The notes: generated by a model from the letters alone, not told the origin. DNA of 59,830 bases, filler included, from Sphacelaria rigidula (GCA_964200075.2; 6 parts of 6 records of this genome joined end to end with filler, not necessarily neighbours in it); one strand, 5' to 3'; shown: positions 13,301 through 26,742, counted from the first letter of the whole stretch. A program made the numbers and translations.

Positions 13301-13597
13301 TGGACTGGTTGTTGCACAATAACCTATCTGCTACGAATCCGGCCGTGCTCACAAGATGTACGTACGTGAAACCCACAGTAGATGCACGGAAACAAGAGCA
13401 TGCTGAAGAAAACTAGAGAAATGGAAAATATGGGAGAATACCCGTGGTGCGGTCAAGATCGCCCGTCACAAGCTCGACTATCTATACTATATTCAAGTAA
13501 CTTCCCTGTTCCAGCATAGTGCGGGGTCACATGATACTGCGGTTGTGCGGTGTTGGCAAGCCACCGGCTGCACCGTGAAGGGACCTCCCCCGCCCTT

Positions 13598-13810
13598 TCA
13601 GTCTTTGTAGCAATGGGTTCGGCATGTTCCACAGCAGTATATGCCGCAGTTCCCGCTAGTTGTCAACGACGCTGAGGGAGACAACAACCACAAATCCAAT
13701 GGCTTGGGCTGCTGCTGCTGGTCGTGCTGGGTGACACTCGGTAGATGGTTTCGAGGCAACTCCATGCTATATGATGCCTCACTTTGTCGCGTTCTGGCGT
13801 ATTTCACGGA
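13598..13810 (-). CDS. Possible terminal exon of the same gene
   Basis: tttAG|TCC phase 0 fits the previous exon. SVKYARTRQ...QQQQ...CGIYCCGTCRTHCYKD-stop. The acceptor is purine-rich and weak. Confidence 0.3.
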   Translation of the reverse strand, partial: SVKYARTRQSEASYSMELPRNHLPSVTQHDQQQQPKPLDLWLLSPSASLTTSGNCGIYCCGTCRTHCYKD

Positions 13811-14355
13811 CTAAATTTTGAATACTTCTCTTTGTTGTGCACGCGCCGGGCGTTCTCGAGAGGTACCTCTTAACGGGCGTGTCGCTGAACACAGCACCAC
13901 GCGAGCGACCACCGAAACAAATAAAAAATCATCTGTTACCTTGCAACACTCTTATGACTTCCGCGTTAGCTTTTTGTAGGATTAATATTTATTCACTCAT
14001 CTCGAAATTATTTTTGAATACAATATGTACAGCCATCTTCCTCTTATCACCATTCAGTCTTTCCACCCTTGATGCCCCTCTTCCTTTTGCCCGAAAACGC
14101 GCGAGCCACGTACATGAGCTTGCAACATGGCTTATCATCTGCCGAGCTTATCAAAACACTCGTTCTTGCCCGTTCTGTGAACGGAGGAGTTAGGACTCGG
14201 AGAGAAAGCGATTTATCACAATCTCGACGCGTACGTGATGGGCGAAAAAATCAAAGAAGAACAACAAGACTCTTCAATTATTTCACGAGAAAGTGAAGTG
14301 GATAAACTCAGGTGCTGTCGTGAAGTACCTCGCATAAAACTACATGCCAACTCAC

Positions 14356-14503
14356 CCGAGCACCGTCATCCTGTGGGTCATATCGCTGCTGCTCCGGTCG
14401 CCATGCGTCATCCACTTCACCGGACATATCTTCCCCATGCCGCAAAGCGTCGTGCACTTCATCGTAAACGTTCTCCATTCCGCCGTCATCTTCCGCTAAT
14501 TGT
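14356..14503 (-). CDS. Internal exon of the same unknown protein
   Basis: Branch-like CTGAC upstream, tandem AAG/CAG acceptor (phase 2), QLAEDDGGMENVYDEVHDALRHGEDMSGEVDDAW...DDGAR, consensus donor CGG|GTGAGT. Confidence 0.6.
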
Positions 14504-15020
14504 CTGCTTTGATGTTTGTAAGACGCGTCAGTTTTAATTTCGGTAGGGGCGCGGTAACATGAGATCTCAAACGAGTTGCACAGAGTAGTTGCGGCCGGCA
14601 TGCTCAACCGTCAGTTCGCAGTGACTTGGAAGCTTACTGTCGCACTCACGGGGGCATTTCTCGCGGGTTTCAAGCCTGGGAACATTCCGGGGATTGTTCA
14701 CCGGTCTCTTTCGCTATCCGGGTCCCCCTGTCCCCCGTCCCACACCTGGGCGGCCACCCGAAGGTTGTTCTTGGATGACACGTACGCACGATAAGTGCCA
14801 TGATCCAACAACCTTTGAAGCCACATTTGCAGACGAGAAACCGCCACAGAACTAGATGGACAAATATTGTACGAGGTGAAACCGAAAGTTATGCGACGGA
14901 TGTGAGCGATTGGATTTAGAAATATGATACGAAGCGAGTCTAGCATTTGGCTCTCAACATACCGTACAACGCAGTGCAAGTCAAGTCAAACGCCGAGCCT
15001 AATAATATCCATTTTTGCAC

Positions 15021-15428
15021 CTTCCACCCCCGCCATAGTAGCCATCTCGAGCGACACCACCACGATCGCTCCTGAGGCCACCATCGGCGCCCGCATCTCC
15101 TGAACGTGCGTCATGCTCATCACCACCCTCTAGTTGTCCATCGTGGAATGCGTCGTCGTCATCATCGTCGTCGTCAAATTCTTCATTTTCGTATTCCGCC
15201 TCGTCCTCGGAACCCATGTCCCGTTCATCATCATGGCGGTTAAGGTGCCGGTAATGACCATCTTCATATTGCCGCAGTGATACCTTTGCTCCCACCGCCG
15301 CCGCCGTCTCCCGTCCCTCCCCGCCCGCTTCTCCTCCTGAGCCAACCTGCCGAGAGGAGTTGACGGTACCTTCCAAAGCATCGTCATCGTGGGCGATGCC
15401 ACTTTTCCCTCTCGTTCCGCCGCCGAAC
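15021..15428 (-). CDS. Internal acidic exon of the same unknown protein
   Basis: Acceptor tatcAG|G, 408 nt (phase 2 to 2), FGGGTRGK...EDEAEYENEEFDDDDDDDD...YYGGGG, donor AG|GTGCAA. Confidence 0.65.
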
Positions 15429-16849
15429 CTGATACAGCATAAAACGTCAGCGTTTTCGTCGGAATCGTGAGATGCTACCAATGCAAACCTGCTACACCTC
15501 CGGCCAAGAAAATGTTGCATGTCACCCCCCCAAAAAAACGGATTTGGTACATGGGGAAAAAATAGTCGGGAGGTGGATTGGGTGGGTTTTCACTGCCAAT
15601 TATCAGTCAACAACTTTGAAATGGATTCAAGTCTGGCTTTGGATTATGACGAGGCTTCGCTAGACGTAATAGCTCATTCCACTTTGCTGAAACGCATCCA
15701 CCATGTATGCACGCTAGCCTGTTTTTTTTCGTTAACGTCGAGCATCATCATCGAATACGGCCGTGTCTGCGCCACCTAGTACGCCCTCTTTCATCCACAG
15801 TTGACGATGGAACTTGTCCTTCCGAGCAGATTCGTAGGGGGTAACACACGCAAATTGCCATTTCACGACTCCATCACCTGAACCTCAACATATTTAACTC
15901 CCCCTCCCCAGCCCCTCGCCTTTCCTACACAACAATAGTTTGTCGCTCGTTCTCTGAATCCCAAAACGTCGCAATCCAATAATCGTGTTTCACCTTGAGT
16001 TTTCCCTGTCTCTCGCACCGTCACTAATCGCAAGGCTCTGCAATCCAGACTGCACGTCGGTCTCACCGTGCTGCGGGTCAATCGAGAGGGACATGGGCGT
16101 TGCAGTGTTGTACGCGATAAGAATATTGTCGCGTGAACAGGGGAGGGGGTGGGAGGGGAGGGGAGGGGGGGCGGGGCGGTGTACTAATGATAATGCATAC
16201 CATGGTCATATGACCATTGGCATCGCATCCCTACAAAGCCGGGATAGAGCACGCCGGGTTTTCACCGGACCAGGCTCGCAATCAAACACCAAGCGCGACG
16301 CGCCGTGGTGTGTTCGGTCAGTCGCATGAAGGGTGAGCTGCATCCTGCTAAGACTGTTCGGCCCAAAGCGTACTGATTACCTTGCATTTGGATGGCAGCC
16401 TACAATGAGTTGCTTCATTTCCTGGTATCGCCAATTTCAAAGACAGCCACGGCCTATACACTGCCTTATGGGTGTCTCGCCATTCAGACACTACGCAGTA
16501 TGATCATCTCCTTCGCGCGGAGTTGAGGCTCCTCCCACCCCGCACAAATATGATCTAGCTCGACCAGCATCATGGTTACCGCAAAGAAGAACGCAAGCGC
16601 GCAAAACAAAGCGGTAACGTGGTTGCCTAGCTTACGCAGTGAGTGGCGTCTTTTACAGCGTCATCGCCAACCGACGCCAACCCCATAGGGGGGGTCCACC
16701 CCTACAAAGCCGGGACAGAGCACGCCTGATTTTCGCTGGACCAGGAGGGGAAGGGGGGGAAGGGGGTGTTGAAAAAGCGGAATACTGGGAAAACAGAAGA
16801 CATCTCCTTGATTTTAACTGGTTCAAGAAACGTCACCTCCACTTTGCAC

Positions 16850-17660
16850 CGTACAACTGCACTGACCTCTATGCTGCGGCCTCTCCGCTCATCATCTCCG
16901 CTGCAACTCTCATTCAATGAGCCGTCATCGGGAAATCCGCAGTCACCGCCGCCTCCGTCTGCAAGGCCGCCGTTCCGGCTATGACGCGCGTCAAGGGATG
17001 ATCGCAGGTTCGGAGGCATCACCGTCCCATCTGCCAGTTCCGCGGGTTCATCGTAGTCGTACTTTGCCCCTTGTGTGTTATCACCTCCCTTCATACCCCT
17101 GCTCCACCACTGATTTCGCGCTGCCTTTACAGCCGCCGCTGCTACCGCTGCCACCTCTACCCCCACCTCCTGCCGACCAGAACTCCCACGGTGAGATGAA
17201 GAATCGCGGGCAAGGTCTTGATCCATTTGCAAAACGCCTCCGGTTGCATTGTGCCCGCTCGCCGCCGGTACGTCTCGACTCATCTCTGATTCTCGTTTAC
17301 CATCCGTGTTTGACTCCCCCTCCCCACCTGGCTGTCCGTCGCGTGCTGTTGCGCTGCGTCGGCCATCTCGCTCTCGGTGCTGCTGCCCGCGCGGTGGCAG
17401 CAACAGCCGTTGTTGCTGTTCATGTTGCTGCTGCTGTTGTTGCGTGGATTGCTCGTTGGTGCGCGAGAGCAGCAGTATCGTCGCGTCCTCCTGTTTCTCT
17501 TCGTGTTCCTCTGATTGGGCCGTACGTTGAGCGTGATGCGAACACGTTGCCCCTGCCCCCCCCGCCAGGCCGCAGTCACTCCTTCCAACATCATCACCAC
17601 CAACACCATCATCAGGATTTTCCCTTTCCTCGTCGGCACTCTTCCCCACAGAATGCTCGG
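16850..17660 (-). CDS. Large internal exon of low-complexity unknown protein
   Basis: Poly-T acceptor ...ctcgcAG|CC (phase 1). About 270 open codons rich in G/D/E/Q/A with a poly-Q run, inside the 421-aa ORF. Donor CG|GTGCAA (phase 2) fits the next exon; alternative donors at 16867 and 16837 are possible. Confidence 0.65.
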
Positions 17661-18155
17661 CTGCGAGCATATCAGAAAAAAAAACACAGAATCCGCACAA
17701 CAGGACTGAGGTGGTATCCGCGAACCATGGGTCTTTCACACACGATACATAAATCATAAGATCCAGATGCAAATATTTTGGGGGTGTTGGAGACAGAATT
17801 TTCGTCCCACAGCTGCCGCTCATGTTTCCCGCCATTTTACCCCCCCCCGGTGCATTTGAGGACTTGCTGTTGAAGAATTTCTCTGTGTCCAATGAAAACT
17901 GCAAAACGACACGACACAACAGGCCGGTCAACCATGGAGGGAGACGAAAACATTCAGACGGCAGCACTAGTTGCTGCGCGAGGCTGAAAAGTTCAGCCCC
18001 CCCCCCCAGCAGCCTGGTCCGGCGAAAACCCGGCGTGCTCCATTCCGACTCCGTAGAGATGCGAGGTCAATGTTCGTACGACTACGGCACGCAACATCGT
18101 GAGAACAATATATCCCCCACCCCAGACCTCCTTCCTGGCTCGGCGCCTGCATTAC

Positions 18156-18513
18156 CTCTCCGTTTCCGAATAGTGACCCCCGCCAACCCCCTCTTGCTTC
18201 CATCCTTGGTGCTGGTCCTAGGGGCGAGATTGGTGCGCAAATCAGTGGAATCGTTACCGTTGCTACTATCGCCAGCGCTGGGGTGCGAGTGTGCCGGTGA
18301 GGTCGACATCGGCGATGACGACGACGACCGCGACGATGACGAGCCCGGTGACAACAGCTGCTGGCTTCGTCGAACATCCGCTGCGACAATTCGTGCGTTC
18401 GGTTGCCGTGACGACATCGTCTTCTCTCTTCTGTCCGCTGATGTTGATGCTGCTGTTGCCACGGATAGTGGCTGCCTGGATCCGTCTTGATGGGCTTGGC
18501 TGTCCTCGAGGAG
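18156..18513 (-). CDS. Internal exon of low-complexity unknown protein
   Basis: Acceptor gtgacAG|CTC, open frame LLEDSQAHQDGSRQ...SSSSRSSSSS...TIRKRR, donor G|GTAATG (phase 1) matching the phase of the next exon. Confidence 0.6.
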
Positions 18514-19179
18514 CTGTCACAGCCACATGACACAATTCACGACAAGCATGGGAGAACATGAACAGCAAACGTATTACGAAGAACTTGATGTGAACCCCTT
18601 GATATGAATCCCTTCACCACCACTGCTGCTTGTTCCGATTTTCGGTCCGCTGACGGACCCTCAAAGATAATGTAGGATAGCCTTTGTTGGCCTGAGTGGA
18701 CGGTAGATGAACATGGGTGATTCACGAGCGGTATTCGAAACCAGACATTTCAACGAGTGGACGTGGAACAGCTTTGTGCCATAATTTGCGGTGGGGGGTG
18801 TACGTTCATGTCCAATCAGGCATCACTCACTTCGAGTAAGTGAATGATCGCATGTAGTATCTGGTGCAATCACCGTCCATGGTCTCAACGCCTGACTGCC
18901 AACATGTCCTACTCGTGGCTCAGGCTTGAAGAACTACGACACGGTATATACGCGGTACGGCCCTTCTGGGCCCAAGCCCCTGCATCTATGTAAGGGCCGT
19001 AGTTGGACAAGGAGCAACTACTTCCCCCGCCCGCCCCGTCCAGAATGCCGTACAAGTACCGTCCGAGTACGGGCCAGCTTAAAAGCGGCCGAACGTTGTC
19101 CACACTACAGCTTCCCAGTTTCCCGAATAAAGCCGATGTAGGCATATCACTGTGGAGTGCAGATCAACCTGGTAACACA

Positions 19180-19385
19180 CGGCACCGCCTCTGACTGAAG
19201 AAAAAAAATGTCCTGCATAACGTATGACCTCAACGACGGACGAAAAAAAAAGAGAATCTATCGGGATTCGAACTCATGACCTCCATAATTGGAGTCCCCC
19301 ATAACTTGAATTAAAGGGGTGCAGCAGCGTCACGCAAAACGTTACACGCACGGCCCAATTCGACGGCTCTTGAGCTGAAATTTCA
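19180..19385 (-). repeat. Second copy of the B-box-containing repeat
   Basis: ATCGGGATTCGAACTCATGACCTCCATAATTGGAGTC is the reverse complement of the 8530-8566 core. Confidence 0.55.
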
Positions 19386-19879
19386 CGAACACCTTCTGCA
19401 CCCAAGGAAATGATACATCCCAATAGCAGTTGCAGATTCTCGTTTTTTTCCTGGGCTCATGACATTATCTTGTTTTTGCTGAAATGTCATGTCCCTATAA
19501 CTTCCTTTTCTCTTTCCTTTGCTGCTCTCGTCATTTTCAGCATGCCGATCATGAGGAGCTACTGTCGAAATTTCAGCGTCCAACTCCTAATTTTACGATG
19601 TGCGCCGCCTGAGCGAGAAAACTACTCACTGTTGGCTGGCCCAGCTCCTAGGGGGACGTGGGTGGTCGAGGGTGTCGCCTGAATAGTCAATAGTCTGACT
19701 CTGTATCATGTATCATCAACATCTGGGCCGTTGGCATGCACCGCCATCTCCATCAATCATCCCATTTCACGGTTCAAAAAGTCTGGGGGCAGGGGGGGGG
19801 GGGGGGGGAATGACCCCAAAATCCCCCGTCCGGAGGCCATTGAACAGTGATACCTAGAAAAACGGAACCGCGAAACCCC

Positions 19880-19979
19880 NNNNNNNNNNNNNNNNNNNNN
19901 NNNNNNNNNNNNNNNNNNNNNNNTTAATTAATTAANNNNNNNNNNNNNNNNNNNNNNNNNNNNNNNNNNNNNNNNNNNN
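19880..19979. other. Artificial contig linker
   Basis: Same 100-bp N/TTAATTAATTAA/N spacer. Confidence 0.97.
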
Positions 19980-22400
19980 CCTTGTTCGAACCATCTTGGC
20001 TGTTTTTACGGACGAACTCACCCTAACTTCCGACCAACAAATGCCCAAAATACCCCCCCCCCCCTATCGTAGGATGACTCTGAATTTCGCATACTGTAAG
20101 GGATGGACGATGCGTGGGAAAGGCAGTTGTCTTGGCTGGATGCGACAACTGTTGCGTATGGTTTGGGATATCTTGGTCGGCTGCAACAAGTAGCGAAGCG
20201 TCAGTTTGCGAAGCTGGCGAAGTCACAGCATTCAGTATAGGCAAACGAGGGGACATTTCGGCAAAGGGCGGAGGCCATTTGGCTACACTAGTCAATTCAC
20301 TACCCGTGTTAGTTGGAGCCAACGTTGGTAAAATAGGGGACGAGCGCTCAAGCGTGGACAGCTCGTCGGTCACTACGCCATGTTTTCCTTGTGATGAAGA
20401 CTCAGACAAAGGATTTTCATAACAAGGAGACCAACACCCAATTGGCAGCGCAGTATCTGACCCCAGATATGACAACGCTACTTTAGAGGTGGGTTCTAAC
20501 ATAGTGTGTGAGGGGTCGGCAGGGAACAGTGTTGATCTGTTCGAAATCTTGGAAACACCGGCCTGGTCGACAGTATTGCCTTCATCTACTGATACCCACA
20601 CCCGTTCACGATTGTGGTGGACGAGTGCAACTGCGTCATCAGGGATATCAAAAGGGACATCCGGAGGAGCCCGGCGAGGGTGACGCGTATAGCGCACCAA
20701 AGGTTCGGTTGCTCCGCGGGCTATTGGAAATCGGTCAAGGACAGTCCACTCTCAGTCACGCTCAAGGGGCTCCATCGGCGCCGTTACTTGGGGTTCCTTC
20801 CCAATCCGCTGAGCGACGGAAAGCCAGAGTTCGACACGGTTGCGCTCCGTGCACGAACTATTACGCTCACCAAAAAAAAGGTTAACCGTGCACCGACGTA
20901 ATTTCGTTCGTAGTTGTAAGAGGGCTCGGCTTGGCACCTAAGTCTGTTTGGGGGCTGGAGAATGGCCTTGATCTTATTATTCTACGATGAACGGTCGCAG
21001 GGGTAACAGCTACCGCGCCAAAAAGTGATCGTGCTTCGGATGCGGGAGGTATTACACTACATGACTGCCGATCCCGCGAGGAGAAAGGGTTCGATCGGCT
21101 ATGATTAACACCACTTGGAGGTAAAACTAGGTGATCAGCTTCAGAATCAAAACACTGGGGTTGGCCATTGCGCATTGGGAGTCATGCAAAGATGCACGGA
21201 ATTCTGCTGCCATGGAATCCATCATAACAGTCTGATCGAGCCCAGTGCAACCGCCCCACAAACCCGAACCTGTGCCGGCCGACATCGATTCAGTTATGTG
21301 ATGTGTGTCTACTAGCCGAGCAAACGAAAAGGGGGGGGGGGCATTTCCGCGGCATGTTGCCATCAATCGTCGGTTCTCTGATGTGGGCCTGTGGCGGACA
21401 ATGGGGAATGAAGACGAAGGGTAATCAGAACATTTAGAGAGCGACAGCTCAATCACCGGAGCAATCACACACTCGGGGTTACCCCACTATATGCTATTCG
21501 AAATCGCGGGGTTTTCTACATTTTCAAAACACCGTCAGGTGGTGCGTTTAGCATCAGTGGAGGAGTGGTTCTCTTCCTGGCGTAGTTCAGCCGGTGCAGC
21601 AGTTCCCGTTGTGAACGGTTGGCGAGCATGTTGTGACAGATTCTGCATTTGCGGATGAAAAGCGCCAGGAGGAGGGGGAGGCAGTCTCGGACAGGCAGCG
21701 TCGGCCGACTGAGTCTGATAGTAGGATTATTGGTACTGGTCATTGGAGGCGCGGGGTTCGTTACCATAGTGGCGATTCCCGTGCCGTGGACGTTGGTGTG
21801 AATTACGGGCGTCACCAGATTAAGGGCGGCGATAATGACGCATACCACTTGCCGCGTCCGCCAATAGTGTGCGTGTTGTAGATCAAGTAACATCGGGTGA
21901 TGTATACCAACTGCGTACGTATAAGGTTCTTCACAGTTGGGCATTGAGTGCATCGGGTCACGACCGTCCAAAGAGTACCCCGTCTGTTCGTCGAACCAAA
22001 TACCACAGTTTAGGCAGCGGTGCTTACAACGGCAATCAGCAGAAGCCCCAATTGTCAAGTCAATAGGATTGTCACCCTAGCCGTTACAGGCAGAGAGGAT
22101 GATAACAACCTAGGATCAAGATTTCTCGTTCAGATGCTTACTTGTTGGTATATTTGCAAGGGAACGGTTGCCTTCTACCAAACATGCACGAGGAAGAATG
22201 AGCAGAGTAGCGAAAATGGATATGGTACACTACGGAGACTTGCTTAGTCTTCTTGCTCCTGAGGCGTAGTCACCGAAGCCGAAGACAGTTGATGTCGCAG
22301 CAGACGTATCAGATACAGGAAGCAGTGTTTGATCAACCTCTACTGTAGTGTAGATTCAAGGCCAAGATGAGTGAGTAACAAGGGTGGGAGCTTTGCGAGA
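19980..22400 (-). mobile_element. Degenerate LTR-retrotransposon gag/pol-like region
   Basis: RCLNCG...HSMPNCEEPY knuckle-like motif at about 21.9-22.0 kb followed by Ser/Pro-rich broken ORFs. Segment SSSQGKHGVVTDELSTLERSSPIL resembles SSASRNKLAVEELSTLKSGAPTL at 39.3 kb on another contig. Confidence 0.45.
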
Positions 22401-22840
22401 CACCCCGTCCCCAAGACATGTCTCCACTCAAGTCATAACTCACTCGAATCCAGGGGAGTCTACTTCAAGCTGTCAAATGACGTACATCTTATACCATTCG
22501 ACTCGTATCCTTTCACATCATACCATCCAATAGCGACCATTACGTACTCGCTTCCAAGCGACACAACTGATCACCTGGGCCTCAGGTATTCGCCTACAAT
22601 ACTCCCAGTACCCACTGGCCGCTGATATCTATTCAGAAAAATCAGCAGCTGCGTCCTCTATCACATAACAGGTGGCAGTTATAACTCTTGTCTTGTTACC
22701 TCTTCATTACCTCTCACCAAATCACCTCACACCATACCCCATGTAGACCTACACAAAACCGATACAAAATAGGCAGTGAACTTGGGGGTAGCACAAGCGT
22801 GCCACTCCACGGAATTACAGGAATGCGTCATACCACACAC

Positions 22841-23053
22841 TGTAATGCGTGAGAGGACCGCGTGCTTAGGGACCGTATCAGAACTTAAAAACCCTCATGT
22901 TTATGGTGAGGGTTAGGGCTAGTCTAGTGCTGGGGTTGGGGTCAGGGGCGTGATCCCTGCAGGGACTGGCACGATTCTTTGAAAAAAGTCAATCATGAGG
23001 TGTTTTGGACTACGATGCGGTACCCTAAGCACGCGTCCCTCTCACGCATTGCA
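22841..23053. mobile_element. TGT..GCA mini-element (Ginger-like MITE) carrying telomere-like repeats
   Basis: About 35-bp TIR starting TGTAATGCGTGAGAGG; flanks ACAC / ACAC. Confidence 0.7.
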
Positions 23054-23179
23054 ACACAATTCAATGAAACATCTCCTGTACGGAAGAGTTCAATTTCCCT
23101 ATATTACGATGTTCCCGTCCCTACAGTCCTCCACGGTTCGGCCGAATAAAAGAGTGATTCGACTCATGTTCAATATTTG

Positions 23180-25420
23180 GACGAATCAATCATACGATTC
23201 GTACACAAGTTGTGAATTGTACGTATTTTGAGATCGTGATTCGTACGACACCACTTCGAGTGTACACATTCCCAGTTCGTAATTCGTGCAGTGCACCGTC
23301 AAAGGTACACGTTTCCAAACTTTCATTCGTATGGCGTGAATCAGCGGCACATGTTTCCCAATTTCCATTCATTCAGCATGAATCACAGGCACACTTTCCC
23401 CACCTTCCATTCATACTAGGTGGATCAAGCGTCCATTATTCCTGATTTCCGTTCACGCAGCATAAATCACAGGCACACTTTCCCCAACTTCTATTTGTAC
23501 GGCGTGAATCATACGTACATGTTTTCCCAATTCCCGACTGCTGCCGAGATAGCCCCCCCCCCCCGAACCGGCCAGAAACGTGCACGGAGGCGATGATCAT
23601 GAATGCCGTAAAACTGGTTTTGTGCTGCACGACGCGACTCATTTGGGCGTTATAGCTAATTTCGGGCTGCTACACGCCTCTCATGTGGGAGAATTTTCTG
23701 CAAGCGAGCCCAATAGTGAGATCGCAGCCGGTTTGGCGGACGGTCTCCGGTGCACTTTTTGTGGGGGGGCTATCTCGGCATTAGTCTCCCATTCATACGG
23801 CATGAACCATATACACATGCTCCCGACCTTCCATTCATACAAGACAGATCAAGCGTGATAGTTTCCCACTTTCATTTATCAAGTGCAAATCTTGCGTACC
23901 TGTTCTCCACCCTCCATTTCTATTATATTAATAATGTGAAAATGTAGTTTCCCACGTGCCATATCGTGGGGCACGACTCTTCTATGGCGTGACCCTTATA
24001 CAGGTGGGATAGGCGACCAAAAGCGTACAAATCGCGAACCCCTCGAGAGCCAAATTCGCGAAAAGCCAATTTCCATTTTTGCACTCACACGTAGCACATC
24101 AGCTTTTGTTCAACCCACGCGTCTGAGTGCCCAGGGCAGTTTTTCTAGCTAGTTTCCCCCCCGAGCTATGTGTCTGACAGCCTTCGTGGTTTCACATTGT
24201 GTTCTGTGGCAGCCCGAATCTGCGCCTAGAGGGATTCCTCTCGCTCTTCATTTTCCTATGTTTCACATTGCATGAATTTCGTGACTCGTGTACAGTTCTT
24301 TTCACCTCGCGTTCGTGAGCGTGCATAATAGATACATGTTCCCCACCTTCGATCCATACAAGGTGAACCAGGCGTACATGTATCTACCCTTCCATCCATG
24401 CAGCATGAATCAAAGGCACGCGTTCTGTGTTGGAAAATTGACACCCATCTTAAAATCTGGCCTTAGTGTTCCGTGTTTTGGGTTTTGATTTATTAGAAAA
24501 TAGCGGTACAACTTATAGTGGCACAATAGGTTCCGGTTCAAAAAGGACCCCAAGCCATAACCTTGGGTACAGTACCGTTTCATGTGCATCCTTGATGGTA
24601 GATATATTTCATGCTTAACCACGTAACCTCGTAGGATACGACAGTGTGCCGCCATTGTGTGTAAATAATCTACTGCATTAAGGTAACTAGATCATGTAGC
24701 TTCCAGTGAATTCAACCTGAGCTGGCGGAACAACATATCAGTGTTGAGGATGCGTTTTAACCCCACGTACGTTTCCAGATTTTGTTTTTGTTCCAAGGAC
24801 TGAGTGCGCTGAGCTGGTTCAACTCAACCACGCACATATAATCAGAGAAGGGGCTGTGAGTTCTGTTTTGTCTTGGTCGAGTGAAGAGCCTCATCAACCA
24901 TCTGTCTCATCGACTCTTACTTTGAGCTGCAGAAGCAAGTGGTCTTACAACCACCGGTGCAACCTCTGCCACACACTACTGTTTGCTGAGCAGTAGTCAG
25001 CCTGTCGCAAGGGCACTGTTACAGAACACGAGCTACTCCAACATTCTGCCCCTTCGATTCATAAGAGAAGAACCACACGTACATGTTTCCCCACTTCCGT
25101 TCATGTGCCATGAACCATACGTACATGCTCTCCGCCTTCCATCCATACGAGTTGATTCAAGCGTACATGTTTCCTAACCTCCGTTCATGCAGCACGGACC
25201 ATACGTACATATTCCCCCCTTCCATGGATAGGGGATGAATCAGATGTACATATTTCCCATCCATGATTCATACAGGAATTGTGATTCGTACATGTGTTAT
25301 TCCCTTGATTCGTCTGATACTACTTGGAGTGTATGAACTCCCAGTTCGTAATTCGTGCGGTATGACCTTGAACATTCAAATTTATCAGCTGTGATTCATA
25401 CGTGATGCCTCTTCGGCACA
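23180..25420. repeat. Degenerate minisatellite patches with a unit of about 38 bp
   Basis: Units like CATGAATCATACGTACATGTTTCCCACCTTCCATTCATA at 23180-23540, 23780-23960, 24260-24430 and 25050-25420. Confidence 0.7.
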
Positions 25421-26742
25421 ATGATTCGCATTCAACATTCATGGGGCGTAACACGCATGAACTGTGATTCATCCAAACCATGCAATCCTTGTACCATAAT
25501 CAAGCAATCCAACATGCACGCAGTATCCTACATGTCATATTCGTGCTCACGACTGAGTGTGCATATATTCGATCAACCCTGCGTCAACTTGGCCAGGCGA
25601 GTACAGGCTCGTGAACGGGGGAAATGTTCATGGCTAAGTAATACAGAAATCGAAGTGATTTCAATTATGTCCCTCACGTTGACGACCGGTACATTTTTGC
25701 CTGATCAAACTACTCCCGAATGCAGAAAGTAGGTTGGCAATTAAATCAGGCCATGGGGATCCAGGAGAATGCAAAAGTCGCCCGCGTACCTTGGGGATGT
25801 TGGGCCTCGGGAAGCGTAACGAAAGACTTGAAAACTTCTCGGAACCAAATATAGGATTAGTTTTGGCACTAACATGTATAACGGATGACGTTAAATCATT
25901 TCGCGCACACGCTGTAGCCTGAAGGGGGAACAGAGCCCATCGGACCATGAAGACGGAAACCAGAAGATTGTTGATGGTTGGGGTGATTTGGCACAGATAT
26001 ATGACAATACGAAGGAGATGAAGCAGCGCTAGCAGAACGATGAAATGGCTTGTCTAATTTTCTTTTCTTGGTTGAATGTTCGATTCTGTTTTATCTTGAA
26101 GTTGCCTCCTAATATGTGGGTTGAGCACAGGCAGCGACTGAAGTAAGAGAACCGATCTTTGCGTTTTGATGCATTGCATGGATATCATTGTCATTTGTAT
26201 ACCGTTTGAGTTTTTTTCCTTCTTTTCGAAATCGGAGCGTTTGTGTGGTCTTAATTTTGAAGGATGGGCATTGAAGCTCACCAGAGTCTCGAAAGCTTTT
26301 TATTGGCTCGTTCATTTAGTTTATCTTTACATGAGATGAAATTTAGGTTCACAGAATGGCTAATATGGAGAGCCGATTTTTCGAAGGCGTTGCGTTTAGC
26401 ATTTGTTGATTCGAATTCAAGAGAAAAAATTAGATATATGGGAACCGAGGTGAAGAAAACAAATATTGCCATATCAGGTGTGCAACGATTGTATCGCGCC
26501 AATTTATGGTGGAGCGATTGCAATGGGGCCGCTGTGTTCTAGGGTTGAACATAAAAAGAGAAAGTATTGGTTTGCATGATCGGAAGGTTTAAGGTTCCGG
26601 AATATGTTCGAGGGAAAATACCACGAAACTATTATATTCTTTGAGGTGTTGACGTGTTAGCACGCAAAACAATTACCCGCAGGGTGTGTCTGGTTGGGAA
26701 GAATGATGCCTTTAAAGGGTAGCATCATAGGTTTTGAGTCAG

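Noticed and set aside
14530..14980. Long frame with two TGA codons (readthrough or selenoprotein)
   Set aside because: It lies within the predicted intron between exons 15021 and 14503; there is no recognisable domain or SECIS.
16702..17967. 421-aa single-exon gene, and the overlapping + strand ORFs of 280 and 222 aa
   Set aside because: Only 16850-17660 is bounded by splice signals and has coding-like composition. The rest is intron read-through, and the + ORFs are antisense shadows of GC-rich exons.
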